A stretch of DNA of 55,941 nucleotides, from positions 1 through 55,941 of the forward strand of contig JALAGF010001013.1 of the NCBI GenBank assembly GCA_030167865.1, read 5' to 3'. The position numbers and the translations under genes are program-made. The stretch comes from Craspedostauros australis (lineage: Eukaryota). Below are positions 34,775 to 46,581 of this stretch, in pieces (position 1 is the first letter of the stretch; the number at the start of each line of letters is the position of its first letter). The notes beneath the pieces are model-generated. The model was not told the DNA's origin. It ran no database searches and saw nothing but the letters and a program-made list of their open reading frames with translations.

Positions 34775-36201
34775 TGCGTTGCTGGTTGCCGAAGTGGTTG
34801 CTCAAGTGGCTGCTCAATTGAATGACCCACTGATCCGTCTGAAAGCCAATCTCGCTGGGCGAACCCACCGCTACTTATGGATGATCTTCGGCTGTATCAG
34901 CAACCGAGAATCTATACGATACCAAGCTCTTCGTTGTGGATCACTCCAGTGTGCTGAGGTGCTGACGTTGGTTGCTGGTGTAGCAGCTCGGACTCCCCAA
35001 CTCCAATCGCAGTCCGACACACTCCACTGCGCAGCCGTTGCGAAGGAATGGATTCGGACACGACCGCGACCGCACTAATACGATGGTGGCAGTGGCAGTG
35101 GCAGTGGCAATGACACAACGAAATCCAACGAGATCCACTTTGAGTATGACAATCGTTTGGAAACACCGTTCACACGCAGTCTTTCGAAGGTCGTCGCCGC
35201 TGTTCGATGACGCAACGATGAGGGGGTGAAGAGTCACAATGCTCTCTGCGGATGGTGTGCGGGGAGATCCGTTGGTGGAGTGATGGAGGTCCTCCTAGTT
35301 TGTATTGTGTGGTATGGTATGGTGTGGTATGGTGTGGTGCTCTCTTGCTTTCCTCCAACCCACGTTTCCCTTCGCCGCTCTTTCGCCGTTGTGCATTGTT
35401 GTTACCGTTGTTACCGTTGGGTGGAATCTTACCATTACTCGTGTCGGAGGCACCGAGACATGCGGGCGACAACAAAATCGAAGATGACCGATGTGTGTCT
35501 TCGATTCAACGGATCGAAATCTTCATCAGATTCGCTGTTCGATTCATGTGATTCCATCTCCGGAATGTGGCTGTGCTTCTCAATTTGTGTGATTTTTTCG
35601 TAGCTCACCACACACCCATGTTCACAATAGACAGACAAGCGAAGTTGAACTTGGACTTCGGCGGACGTTTGTCGTGGTTCCATCTGGATACTTCCATCGA
35701 ATCTGGTTGTTTGGTGACGCCAACAAAGACGACAACGAACTACCCCCACACGCCATTGTGAGTGCGCAACAAGGAGAGCAAGACACAGACGACAACAGGT
35801 GGAAAAAGGTGAACGAACGAACAACCAGAGAGGGCATGCGAACGACAACTTGTGATCAGACCAGGCACAACATCAACACCAACGTCAACAACAGCAACGA
35901 CAGCATCCGTCAACACCAAACCAGTGCGGAAGTCATCAACAAGAGCATCCAGGAACGACAACATCTCCGATCCGCTCCGAAAGACCCATACTCGTTTGGC
36001 ACAACACGATACTCGCACATCTGCTCCTTCTCTTCCTGCTCATCGACGTCCTTCTTCGAGCGCTGCACTCCAATAGATCACCCTACATTCCCAATCGACC
36101 ATCCCCACCAACCTGCATCAATCCACAACATTCCCTCCACACAGATACCAAGAGAAAGAACGACGCTCCCGATACGAGGACCCTACTTTTGAAATCCCAC
36201 A

Positions 36202-37884
36202 ATGAATCTCTCGACCCTCCTTGTCTCCACAACGGCCCTGGTGAACGTGCTCACCGTTCAGGGTTTCACAGCGCCCATCCAAAGCCGATCCACAAGTACG
36301 TGCTCATGCGAACGAGCAACGCTGTTTCCATTGTTCGAAGGAAGTTGTGGCAAAGGCAGTAGCCATGCCAGTTCATTCAAGCGGCGGAGCGAGAGCAATC
36401 CGAGTTGAACTGTTGCATCGAATTCAATGGAGTTGAGTTGAGTTGAATTGAATTGAGCTGGAGCATGATGGGGTTCATCCAGATGAGATGTGTTGAGATG
36501 GCATGCGATAGCTTGGCAGCACATCCGTGTGACCCATGGTATCCATGCCTTCCATCTCATTTCCAAGGAGAACACAAGAGAAGAACATGAAAACAGGAGA
36601 GGAAAGATGCATCTGCATGGGTGATTCGAACTACTACGTGACGCGCAACACCCCCATTTCACAAAGGATGAAGCGTATGAATGATTCCGCAGTTGATTCA
36701 TCTGGCAACCTTTCCTTCCTTCTTTCGTGCACAATGGATTCCTGACCATGTCCCGCTTCTCGATTCTGTTTTCTTCATCTCACAATTCGATTCCCATTTC
36801 CATCACCTTCTTTCTATCAACGTACCCTACTTGGCCACCTGTCCCCTCATTGCAACGTCTTCGATTCCATTCTATTCCATTTCGTGCAGCAATCCAGAGC
36901 TTGCGTCGACATGCCACTCTCGCCGCACCATCCATCAACGGCGACACGGAAACCTCGACGACTGAATCTGCAGCACCAAACGACGAAATTGCGAACAACA
37001 TCCGACTGAACGTCTTCGAGAAGGCCCGCACGGTCACCAGCGTCTGCACATCCGCCACACTTTGCACCGTCTCCACCCACGATGGCATCCAGGGCGCACC
37101 CTTCGGAAGCTTCGTCGACTACGTCCTCGACGATTCCGGCAACCCCATTCTCCTCATGAACGAAATGAGTATGCACACAATGAACATCGAGCAGCAGCAA
37201 CAGAAAACCGCCGGAGACAACGCCCTCGTCACCCTCTTCACGCAGCTCGGCAGCGACACCGCCGCCTCCAAAAAGGGACAGGACGTCTCCAGGTGTTCCC
37301 TCACCTGCAAGGTCGAAAAATTGGACCCGGACACCGTCCCGGACATGGACGTCATCCGCATGCGCTACTCCCTCACCCACGCCTACGCCGACCAGGTCAT
37401 GGACTCGCCCAAATTTGCCTTCTACCGTCTGCTGCCGGAGACCATCTACTACGTCGGCGGATTCGGCGTCATGTCGCGCTGGGTCAACGTCGACGAGTAC
37501 CGTGCCGCCGCGCCCGATATCCTGGCCAAGGAGGCGTCCGAAATCGTCAGCAAATTGAACCGCGAGCATCGCGACGATCTGGCGCGCACGGCCAACCACA
37601 TCCTCATGGTGGAGAATCTGGAGAACTGCCGCGTCTCGTCCGTCGATCGGTTGGGATTCGACATGCGCGTCACGAGGCGACAGGGCACGAGACGAAACAA
37701 GCTTGAAACGGATGAGTTCCGCGTGGGATTCCGAATTCCCGTGCAGTCGACTGAGGATGCCAAGTCGGAGGTCCTCAAGGTCTTCCAGGAGGCCTGGGAG
37801 AAGGCCAACGACATTCAGTGGGATGATGAAGAGCCGGGTTCCACTATTCCGGTTCTCAAGATTGCCGCCGACAGTCTCGAGTAG
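36202..37884 (+). CDS. Plastid-targeted HugZ/PNPOx-like split-barrel + DUF2470 protein (heme-binding / GluTR-binding protein family), 2 exons, 362 aa
   Basis: Exons 36202-36295 and 36890-37884. Intron 36296-36889 (GTACGT..CAG) is phase-1 compatible. Exon 1 is a signal peptide with VQG|FT cleavage. Core motifs: ATLCT, PFGSFVDY, MSMHTMNI, YYVGGFG, EYRAAAPD, LNREH, VDRLGFD. Confidence 0.87.
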
Positions 37885-38311
37885 AGGATGGTGGAATCAA
37901 ACTACTCTACTCTGCGCACGAGTATGATACAACAATACATACTATTCTACAATAGACGAGGTGCTATTTTTAATATTCACACTGCTATCGTGCTCGCAGA
38001 ATTACCTGAGGAGGGGGAGCAGCACCACACTACTCTGCGAGCTCTATGTCCACGTCCTGGAACACGACCGTGGTGGTCATCCTTAGTTGATTCCCCTCGC
38101 CTCCCGTTGGGCCAATCAACCAACCCATCAGCAATCAACAAGATTCTGCGCCGCATTCGCGCCATTTCTCCAAAAAAAATAGTTGATGGCATCGAGGCTC
38201 CGCGTCTTTGTCTCTTTCTGTTCCTTCACAACCTATCGCAAGCTACGAGTCCAATTCGATCAATGCAAGACAATTGCACAAGATAAAAGACAACCCATCA
38301 CAGCATCTGCC

Positions 38312-39208
38312 ATGGCGGACCAGAGCAAGACTAGTGATGACAACGATGATGATGCCATCATTCTCTGGGACGATCTTGAAGAAAAGGAGCTGTTGGTGAT
38401 CCCGCTGACGACGACACAAGCAAGCACAAGCACAAGCACAAGCACAAGCACAAGCACATCAATGACATCCATCACCTTGCGTCAATTCGTGAGCAGCGAT
38501 GATCGATGGGGAATTCACTCTTCCGTTTGGGAAGGGGGATTGGCCGTGCTCACGTACTTGCACACGCAGCAACAACAACCGCAACAACAAAAGCGGCAGC
38601 AGCAAAGAAATGAGATCGCCTCCTCGTTGATTATCGATCTGGGAAGTGGCACGGGCATCGTCGGAATTGGTCTGGTCAAACTGGGATTCCGCAACGTCGT
38701 CATCACCGACCTTCCCGATGCCGTGCCGTTGATGCAAGAGAATGTACAACGCAACACGAGGATGGATGACAGCCACATCGCGATCGAACCGTTAACGTGG
38801 GGCGAGCCGATCCCCGAAGCGATCATCGCACGCATCCGCGATGCCGACGAGGTTCTGCTCGTGGGCGCCGACATTGTCTATCGTAAGAGTCTGTTCGCGC
38901 CGCTCTTGACATGCTTGCGAGACTTGTTTGCGATTGCCGATGGCACGGCCATGTCTTGCATGCTGGCAAGTCATTCGATCCGGACGCATCTGCTGGACTT
39001 TTATCAGGCTGCGGAAGATCATGGAATCTCAGTCGAGTTGGATGCGACGGTGGAATTGCCAGAAGCCAAGGTGGATGCCATGTCCGGTTCTGTGATACGG
39101 CAGGGACCGTTCTCCAAACAAGCTGATGAGGCACCCAGAAAAACGGGGTTGGTGCACGTCGCCAAACTCGTTCCGAAGGACGACTCCACGAGTACTACGA
39201 GAACATGA
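38312..39208 (+). CDS. Seven-beta-strand protein-lysine methyltransferase (METTL21/family 16-like)
   Basis: SSVWEGGLAV, motif I IDLGSGTGIVGI, post-I VVITDL, LTWG, and GADIVY (the DxxY signature). Start taken at MADQSK. Confidence 0.88.
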   Translation: MADQSKTSDDNDDDAIILWDDLEEKELLVIPLTTTQASTSTSTSTSTSTSMTSITLRQFVSSDDRWGIHSSVWEGGLAVLTYLHTQQQQPQQQKRQQQRNEIASSLIIDLGSGTGIVGIGLVKLGFRNVVITDLPDAVPLMQENVQRNTRMDDSHIAIEPLTWGEPIPEAIIARIRDADEVLLVGADIVYRKSLFAPLLTCLRDLFAIADGTAMSCMLASHSIRTHLLDFYQAAEDHGISVELDATVELPEAKVDAMSGSVIRQGPFSKQADEAPRKTGLVHVAKLVPKDDSTSTTRT

Positions 39209-39277
39209 GAAGAGCGTGGGAATTGTTATCTTGCTAGAACATACGATAATACCATCCGTCACACTAGAGCATGGTGA

Positions 39278-40918
39278 TTATGGTGCCTCCAGGACTTCAG
39301 CGCCTCCCATGTACGGTCGCAGGACTTCTGGCACGACGACGCTTCCGTCTGGCCTTTGGTAGTTCTCCAAAACAGCAACGAGCGTTCTGCCCACGGCCAG
39401 TCCGCTGCCGTTGATCGTGTGACAGAGCTCTGGCTTCATCTTCTTGGGCTTCTTCTGCTTCTTGTTTCCGCCCTTCTGCTTGTCATTGCCGCCATCCTCT
39501 GCGACCGGTGGTGGCGAGGGACGGTACCGCAATGCCATGCGGCGTGCTTGGAAGTCTCCCGTGTTGCTGCACGACGAGATCTCGCGGAATTCGGCGGCGC
39601 CTGGCAACCAAACCTCGAGGTCGTAGCAGTGACGGGCGGAGAAGCCGATGTCACCGCTGCACAAGCGGACCTTGCGGTATGGCAGCTCCAGCGCCTGCAA
39701 GCAGGCTTCGGCGTGTCCCGTGAGTTTCTCGTGTTCGGCATCGGAGGTTTGGGCGGATGTGATCTTGACGAGCTCCACCTTTTGGAATTGATGCGTGCGG
39801 ATCAGTCCCTTCGTGTCGCGTCCGTAGCTTCCGGCCTCGGCACGGAAGCAGGGGGTCCATGCCACGTAGGAGAGCGGGAGGTCGGACTCCTCCAGAATGC
39901 TGCCGGCGTGCAGGTTGGTGACGGGCACTTCGGCGGTCGGGATGAGGAAGGCGTCCTCTCCGTTGCAGGTGTGCGACTCCGGGGTGATGGCGAAGAGATC
40001 CTCCTGAAACTTGGGGAGCTGCGATGTGCCCTCCAATGCCGATCGGCCCACGACGTATGGAACGGCCACCTCGGTGTATCCATGCTCCTGTGTGTGCAGG
40101 TCCAGGAAGAACATGGCCAGTGCGCGTTCCAAGCGAGCGACCTGACCGCTCAGCGCCACGAATCGTGCACCGCTCATTTTGACGGCCTCCTCGGACTTGT
40201 ACCCGTTCAATCCGACGGCGACATCGTCATGCCACTTGGGCTCGAAGCCATCCGTCCATTCCAGCTTCTTGGGCAGTGCACCGACATCACCCCACGTACT
40301 GACTTCCTCGTTTTGGGTCTCATCATCGCCGTCCGGGACGAGATCGTCGAGGAGGTTGGGAATCCCCGACAGCATGTCGTCCATGGTGGCCTGGATGGTC
40401 GCGAGTTCGGCCTCCGCGGATTCGGCATTCTCGGCTGCCTTGCCGCTGATCTCCTTCTGCTCTTCCACCTCCTTCAGCATGGCATCTTTCTCATCGCCGT
40501 CCTCAGCCTGGCTCATTCCTCGCATGATCTTGCCCACGACACCGCTGGCCTCCTTGCGCTGGTTGAGGAAGTCGTCGCGCTTCTGAATCAGCGCCACACG
40601 TTGGGATTGCATCTCGGCGATGGTCTTGGCCGCGTCGATGGTCTCCTGCGATGCACGACGCGAGGTCAGATGAGAAACGACCATGTCCAAATCCGAAACG
40701 ATCGTTCGGACCTCCAGGCTCATGCCGTTGCGCGATGCGCGGTCCGTCGAGGCTGGAGCTGACGTTTCATCTTGCGTGGTGGAGAAGCGAACAACGCGCG
40801 ACGTCGTGACAGCAGATCGAGCGTGTCGCAGAGACGACGATCGCATGGACCATGCCGATGCCTGTCGCGAAAGGGCTGCCAAAGTGGCCATCATCCAGAG
40901 GTTAGCGTCGAGTTTCAT
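39278..40918 (-). CDS. serS: Seryl-tRNA synthetase, organellar (bacterial type) with bipartite presequence
   Basis: [68 protein letters not shown]. The N-terminus reads [14 protein letters not shown]. Confidence 0.96.
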   Translation of the reverse strand: MKLDANLWMMATLAALSRQASAWSMRSSSLRHARSAVTTSRVVRFSTTQDETSAPASTDRASRNGMSLEVRTIVSDLDMVVSHLTSRRASQETIDAAKTIAEMQSQRVALIQKRDDFLNQRKEASGVVGKIMRGMSQAEDGDEKDAMLKEVEEQKEISGKAAENAESAEAELATIQATMDDMLSGIPNLLDDLVPDGDDETQNEEVSTWGDVGALPKKLEWTDGFEPKWHDDVAVGLNGYKSEEAVKMSGARFVALSGQVARLERALAMFFLDLHTQEHGYTEVAVPYVVGRSALEGTSQLPKFQEDLFAITPESHTCNGEDAFLIPTAEVPVTNLHAGSILEESDLPLSYVAWTPCFRAEAGSYGRDTKGLIRTHQFQKVELVKITSAQTSDAEHEKLTGHAEACLQALELPYRKVRLCSGDIGFSARHCYDLEVWLPGAAEFREISSCSNTGDFQARRMALRYRPSPPPVAEDGGNDKQKGGNKKQKKPKKMKPELCHTINGSGLAVGRTLVAVLENYQRPDGSVVVPEVLRPYMGGAEVLEAP

Positions 40919-41252
40919 TTAGAATGCGTGCTTTGCTTGTTTGCCAAGAGAGAGGGTTTGGGTTTGGATATCTTTGGAGATAGGTATGGAGTTGTGATCT
41001 GTCGTCTGCGATCGTTTCATGAAACGTCTGTTGTTGTGGTCGATGTCACAGCAGTTCAGTTCAGTTCAACTCAGTTAAGTTCAACTCAGTTCAGTCCGAA
41101 GAATCAACAGGTATTGCATGTAGGTACGAGCACGTGGATGGCGAATGATCTTGGAGATTTTGCACATCAACACACTCTCACGTTTGCCGACATTGGTGGC
41201 TGGCTGTTTGGATCTGTTCCTCACGTCGGTGTGGTTTGCCATCACCAGCACC

Positions 41253-41282
41253 ATGACGATGATGATGATGATGATGATGATG
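41253..41282. repeat. (GAT)n microsatellite
   Basis: Read directly. Similar tracts occur at 45332-45351 and 46269-46288. Confidence 0.85.
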
Positions 41283-42510
41283 GCCACAGGACGATGGTGA
41301 TGATGTGCGTTGGTTTGGTTTGATGTGGCATTTTGGTGGCGCCAAGTTCGTCAGTCTTCGATTCCTTCGATCAATCTAAGTGATGGAAAGCACGGATTGA
41401 CGGATGGACATGCAGACGACCTAGGGATCCGTGGAATCCGGATGGATCGCTGCGACTTTTCGATCGCTCGCATCGAATCCGGGTGATGCGGATTCGACGA
41501 ACCGTGCGGCTTCATGACGTGACACCAAGACATCTTACGTGTCCCAATCAAATCGAGAATACGCGTCTGTCGAGAAAAGCTGCTCGATTTTGGGGTTGAT
41601 GTGTCTTTCTCTGTGTTTTGTTTGGGCAGAATCGTGCTGCGCGATGGCCATCAGTCCCCGATTTGTTGATGGCTTTGGTGTGGGTGGCAGTACGCCAGAA
41701 CATGGAGTGCAGCTGCGTCTTGATGTGCTTTGCGCGTTGTTCTCCATCTGTCGGCACCGCGGTTGTCTCGATGTTTCGAGTGTTGTTGTGTCTCCTTGGT
41801 GCCAGCATTGCTTCATCTCTCGTGTGGGCCATGGACAACACTTCCGCGATTCTTGTTGCTTGCACGATACGAGCCGAGCCGAGCCAAAACCAAACCCAGG
41901 AGCAATTGTTTCCTCACCAACCCAACGCATGATCCATCACCCCCGTATCTCTCCATCGGTACCTTCACAACTGACCAAACGGGGCTCCCGCCGTTCTCCG
42001 CGACCTTTGATCTCTGCAAAGCCAATCGAGATCGAGATCTCCAGCGACACCTCCGCAATTCCTTTCGATTCGTTTTCTGCACTGAGTGCTATACCGATTG
42101 TCGCCCATCCAATCAAGGAGGCCTGAGATCCCAAACACCTTTGACGACCCAAGGACGGATATCTCTGCAAGCAGAGAGAGAGAGAGAGGACTGGAAGAAC
42201 GGCCGTTGACCTCGGTGTGTTCAATCAAGCCGGTAATTGCGCTTCTCGCCCTCCAACATCCTCGTGCGCAACGCTTGAGACATCATCCCAGTGCACGTGG
42301 CAACAGGCCGTACTGCTCTGCTATAATCGTATCACAATCTGCGGGTGACCCAAGGAGACAACAATCGAAGTGCAGGCGCAAGTGCAGGTGCAAAAGTGAG
42401 CAAGCCGAAGAGCGAAGGAAGAGAGGGTGTCGTCCGGTCGACCAACGATCCACAACACCAGCCTGCCAGCCAGCCAGGATCATCCATTTGACAAGACACT
42501 CTGTAGGACC

Positions 42511-44859
42511 ATGTCGACGCCGGTGTCCGTCGAACCTCCCCCGCTATCGCGGTTGCGCAGCGATTCGGAACAGGAGAGGGAGCTGCGTGCGAAGATGCAA
42601 CACATGATTGACTTGCAGTACCAGCAACAGGCGTTGCCATCGTATCATCAACGTACGCCGGTCTTCTCCACGACGTCAGCATCCGCAGCAACAACAACGA
42701 CGGGAAAGTCTGCTGCGACGAGACCAGCCGGACGTCACGATGCACAAATCACCACCGACAGCAGCAGCAGCAACAATAACAACGATTACAACGATACCGG
42801 CAGCAACGCTAGCAATGGCAACAGAACTCGCAGCATATTTGGTTCATTGGCAAGCGGCAGAGACGGGAAGCGATTCCATGATGGGTCCACCAGCACCACA
42901 ATGCCCCTTCGCACCAACACGGGAATCAGCACGACGACCACCTTCAGCGGAAGCGCTACAACTGCCAGCACCACCACAAGCTCGAATGCAAATGCAAATG
43001 TCAACGCCAATACTAACGCCGACGCCGACGCCCCCACAAATGCCGTTCCGGCCAGCAGCGCCAGCCATACCAGCGAAGCAGAGAAACGGTTCTTCTCAAT
43101 GGCACGGACGCCGACTCCGTCCTTTCGAGTGCGCGATCCGCAGGATGAAAACGACGCCCGAAGCGGTGGCGGCAGCAACGACGCGTATGATCCCGGTTTC
43201 AACGCGGCGCCCATCAGCCCCATGATAGGCCCAGGGATGGGCGGCACATCGATCGACAGCTACGTCGGATCGGGTGTTGGCAAAGGAACCCTGTACATTC
43301 CTCAAGAGTACAGGGCGCACATGGTCCGTGGGCGACCGAACGTTGTGGACAGTGCCAACGTGAGCCTGGGATCGATGCGCAACAGCCCCCTCCCGCAGAG
43401 AACCGTGCACAGACCCTCCACCATCAACTACCAGCAACCCTTGAACGACGTTGCCGACCGAAGCCGAGCGGGAAGCATAGGCAGCAAAACAAACGATAGC
43501 ATGGTGCCGGGTCAGATCGGAATCCCACCGCAATCGCTTTACGGCGCGATTGTGCACAAGCTGGACACGAAAACAACCACACTGGGGCAGCAGCAGCATT
43601 TACAACAACAGCAACAGGGACTTGACGGAGCTGGGCCAGATCAGTTCTATCAAGACGAGACTGGCGTCATCGTTCAAGACGTGCCCATCATGGATGGTCT
43701 GGATGGTCTGGATGCCGACGCTGATGGTCATGAGTTCATGCATCCGCAATCACGTCAGGCGTGGGACGATCGCGACGAACAGCCCCGGAGATCATTTGCA
43801 CACCGGTGTTGTTCCTGCGTGTTCGATCCCGTTGTGTACTACCTCTCATTGGAGCACCTGCAACGATCTTTCTGCTTTGGGGCGATCGATGGGATGCTGA
43901 CGGGTTCCGGTATCATCGGGGCCTGCAGTGGACTGGGCATACTGGGCATATCGACGCGCTACGAAACCAGACTGGCGATATTGGCGTTGACCATTTCAGC
44001 GTGCATCGCGGACGCTGTTTGCATGGCCTTCGGTCATGTCTGGGAATCCTACGTGGTGTCATCCAACCACGCGACAGAGCGACAAGGCGCGCGTCATGAG
44101 CTGGATATGCAAAAGCCCATTGCCAAGGCCAAGCTCGTGGACATGCTGCTCGCCAGAGGCGTCCTGAAGATCGACGCCATGAGCTTGGCTGACACCTTGG
44201 AGGGGTACCCGGACCTGTTCGTCGATACCATGGTGGGCGATTCGTTGCTGGGTTCGCCTCAGCTGGAGTCCACGGGCAGCGAAGCGGACAGCAGCTCAAG
44301 ACAGGATCCATCTTTTGTGATGGAGAACACTCCTTTGCTGGTCGGAGGAGCAGGCGGCGTGCCACAGCCACCAGTCGATCAAAGAAATGACAACATCCGC
44401 AACGGCATATTCAACTTCTCCTACCCTTCCTACGGACATTTCGACGTGGCGGAGCACGACCCAGAGACTGAGAATGTGAACATGGTGGTGACGGAGAGTC
44501 AGAGGGAGGGGCTGTTCATGATGGTCGGCTTCAGCATGTTTGCTGTCGTCCCGAGCTTGTTGTGGCTGTTCTTTCCCATCTGGGTCGGGACTGATCCATC
44601 GTTGCCGGCATCCCAACGTGCTGCCAGCGGTTCCAGCGACGCTGTCTCGTTGGCAAGCCTTATTGTGACTCTATCTGCCACCACCATTGGGTTCCTTGGT
44701 GCATGGAAAGCCAAGTTCCTGGACCCAGACAATTGGCTGCTATTTGGCATCCAGACAATCATCGTCCTACTGATCTGCGTTGCATCGTCCTTCGGTGTCG
44801 GCAAGCTCTGCGCAAAGCTTCTGCCGGACGCCGCGGATGTGGAATCCTTGTTCGGATGA
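42511..44859 (+). CDS. VIT1/CCC1-family vacuolar iron/manganese transporter with long N-terminal extension
   Basis: FGAIDGMLTGSGII and IADAVCMAFG carry the conserved Asp/Met. A cytosolic ER..E segment is followed by three C-terminal TM helices (FSMFAVVPSL, FLGAWKAKF, SFGVG). Start taken at the first ATG, 42511. Confidence 0.85.
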   Translation: MSTPVSVEPPPLSRLRSDSEQERELRAKMQHMIDLQYQQQALPSYHQRTPVFSTTSASAATTTTGKSAATRPAGRHDAQITTDSSSSNNNNDYNDTGSNASNGNRTRSIFGSLASGRDGKRFHDGSTSTTMPLRTNTGISTTTTFSGSATTASTTTSSNANANVNANTNADADAPTNAVPASSASHTSEAEKRFFSMARTPTPSFRVRDPQDENDARSGGGSNDAYDPGFNAAPISPMIGPGMGGTSIDSYVGSGVGKGTLYIPQEYRAHMVRGRPNVVDSANVSLGSMRNSPLPQRTVHRPSTINYQQPLNDVADRSRAGSIGSKTNDSMVPGQIGIPPQSLYGAIVHKLDTKTTTLGQQQHLQQQQQGLDGAGPDQFYQDETGVIVQDVPIMDGLDGLDADADGHEFMHPQSRQAWDDRDEQPRRSFAHRCCSCVFDPVVYYLSLEHLQRSFCFGAIDGMLTGSGIIGACSGLGILGISTRYETRLAILALTISACIADAVCMAFGHVWESYVVSSNHATERQGARHELDMQKPIAKAKLVDMLLARGVLKIDAMSLADTLEGYPDLFVDTMVGDSLLGSPQLESTGSEADSSSRQDPSFVMENTPLLVGGAGGVPQPPVDQRNDNIRNGIFNFSYPSYGHFDVAEHDPETENVNMVVTESQREGLFMMVGFSMFAVVPSLLWLFFPIWVGTDPSLPASQRAASGSSDAVSLASLIVTLSATTIGFLGAWKAKFLDPDNWLLFGIQTIIVLLICVASSFGVGKLCAKLLPDAADVESLFG

Positions 44860-45386
44860 AACCACTGGCGTTTCATTCTCATGCTACTCGTATGTATTAC
44901 ATCCTAGTACGTCTCTGGCACATCACGCCCCTATCGATCGACACCGGCAACGGCGATGGTATGCTCGCGCTGGCACCATGCATGGCGTGGCGTGGCGTGG
45001 CAATTCATTATCTCTTCATCCGTGCAGTGCGAGCACTTTGACAATTCCCATACTGCGAGCAGGAGGAGCAAGACACTGTACCGACATCAATGGCATACAC
45101 TTAATGGAAGTACGCGCAAAGGTAAGACATTTTCTGCTCATCATATCCCGAAATCAATTGCGGTGACATTGCGCACTCGGGTGAGAGAACAATAGTAGTA
45201 CAAATGCCACAACACAATACTCGCACCGTGTGATGTCAACTCCAATTTTCTTTTTTCATTTCAATACAATTCGACATAGAGTATAATACTTGTTACGGAT
45301 CTCGCTGTCACACGCATGTATTCAAAAGCTTTGATGATGATGATGATGATGGTTGTTGTTGTGATGTGGCTGCTCTCTCTGTCTCT

Positions 45387-46581
45387 CTAGATGAGCCGTT
45401 CAAATCGTACGCCGTCCAGCACACCTCCTCTCAAAGTTCGATTCACCAGGTTTTCAAACTGCCGCACGTCCTTTCGGAACAGTTCCGCTGCCTCATGGTT
45501 CAGCGGGTCATCTGGATTTGGTTCGTAGAAGAGGTAGATCAGTCCATAAATCACGGCGTTGATGTCCAGCACGGGTTTCCAGTCCTCTCGCAGAATGTTC
45601 AGGCACACCTTGCCCTGCAGATCGATGTTGGGATGGTAAATTTTCGTTTTGCATTCAACCTTCGGTGGGGAATGTGGGTAGTGCGGCGGGATGTTGAAAG
45701 TGAAATCGTACGTGGCTCCCTGCCAGTACCCAGTGTCCGGGCTTACGGCCACATCAAAAGTGGTCAGATCATTTGCTTTTGGGAATGTGATTGTTGCCAC
45801 CTTCCCGCCATCGAGCTCAGCGATGTCTGCAATTTATCAAGGTGATCGTTCGAGGATTTGCCAATGCATCATTGCGTTGTACCGTGGAATGCACGTTCGT
45901 TTGGTTGTTTGATTGTCGTGAAGTGTGACCATTGCATCCCATCATATCGCGATGACCACACGATTGGAAACAGGGGTATATGCCATGCCATGCCATGCCA
46001 TTGCATTGTATTGCGTCATGGTGTATCACAGCCCATCCCAGGCGGAGGCAGTCCCATGACGAACGGTAGTTGTTGCGCGGGAAGATGCATTGGGCGATCC
46101 AGACATCATTTCGTCGGCCGAGTGAACAACAGGTGTGCATCACAACAAGAGAGAGAGAGAAGCACTGCAATGTGAGACTTTGTTTGTGTTGGCGCAAGCA
46201 ATGGATTAATCATCTTTGCCGCAATGGCTAGATGGACCGGTCGCACTCATCCCCAACACTCGTCAATGCATCATCATCATCATCATCACCATCAATCGCG
46301 ACCACACAAAATCTCGTTCTTTTGACGAAAAGAATCGTGTCTTTGTTGGAATACGGGAAATACCACCAGCCAGCAATACGAAATTTACCTTTCTGAATAC
46401 GAATTTCACCTGGTGTCCGCTTCTTGGCTGCCCCTTCTCCTTTCTTCGACTTCTTCTCTCCGCCGATCCCAAACAGGGAAACCTGTCCCTTCGGTTCTTG
46501 CACACCATTCTCCTTGGCCAGCTTGGCAGCCGCCTCGGCCTCCTTCTTCTCTGCCTCGCGTTTCTTCTTCAGGGCCAACAT
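45387..46581 (-). CDS. UBC12: NEDD8-conjugating enzyme UBC12, 2 exons, 210 aa
   Basis: Exons 46581-46389 and 45826-45387. Intron 46388-45827 (GTAAAT..CAG, phase 1) joins EIRIQK|DIAEL. Catalytic region YHPNIDLQGKVCLNILREDWKPVL, plus EPNPDDPLN and a basic MLALKKK N-terminus. Confidence 0.95.

Noticed and set aside
36296..36889. Possible intronic snoRNA in the long introns of the HugZ-like and UBC12 genes
   Set aside because: I found no proper C box (RTGATGA) paired with a D box and terminal stem. The ATGATG hits are microsatellite-derived.
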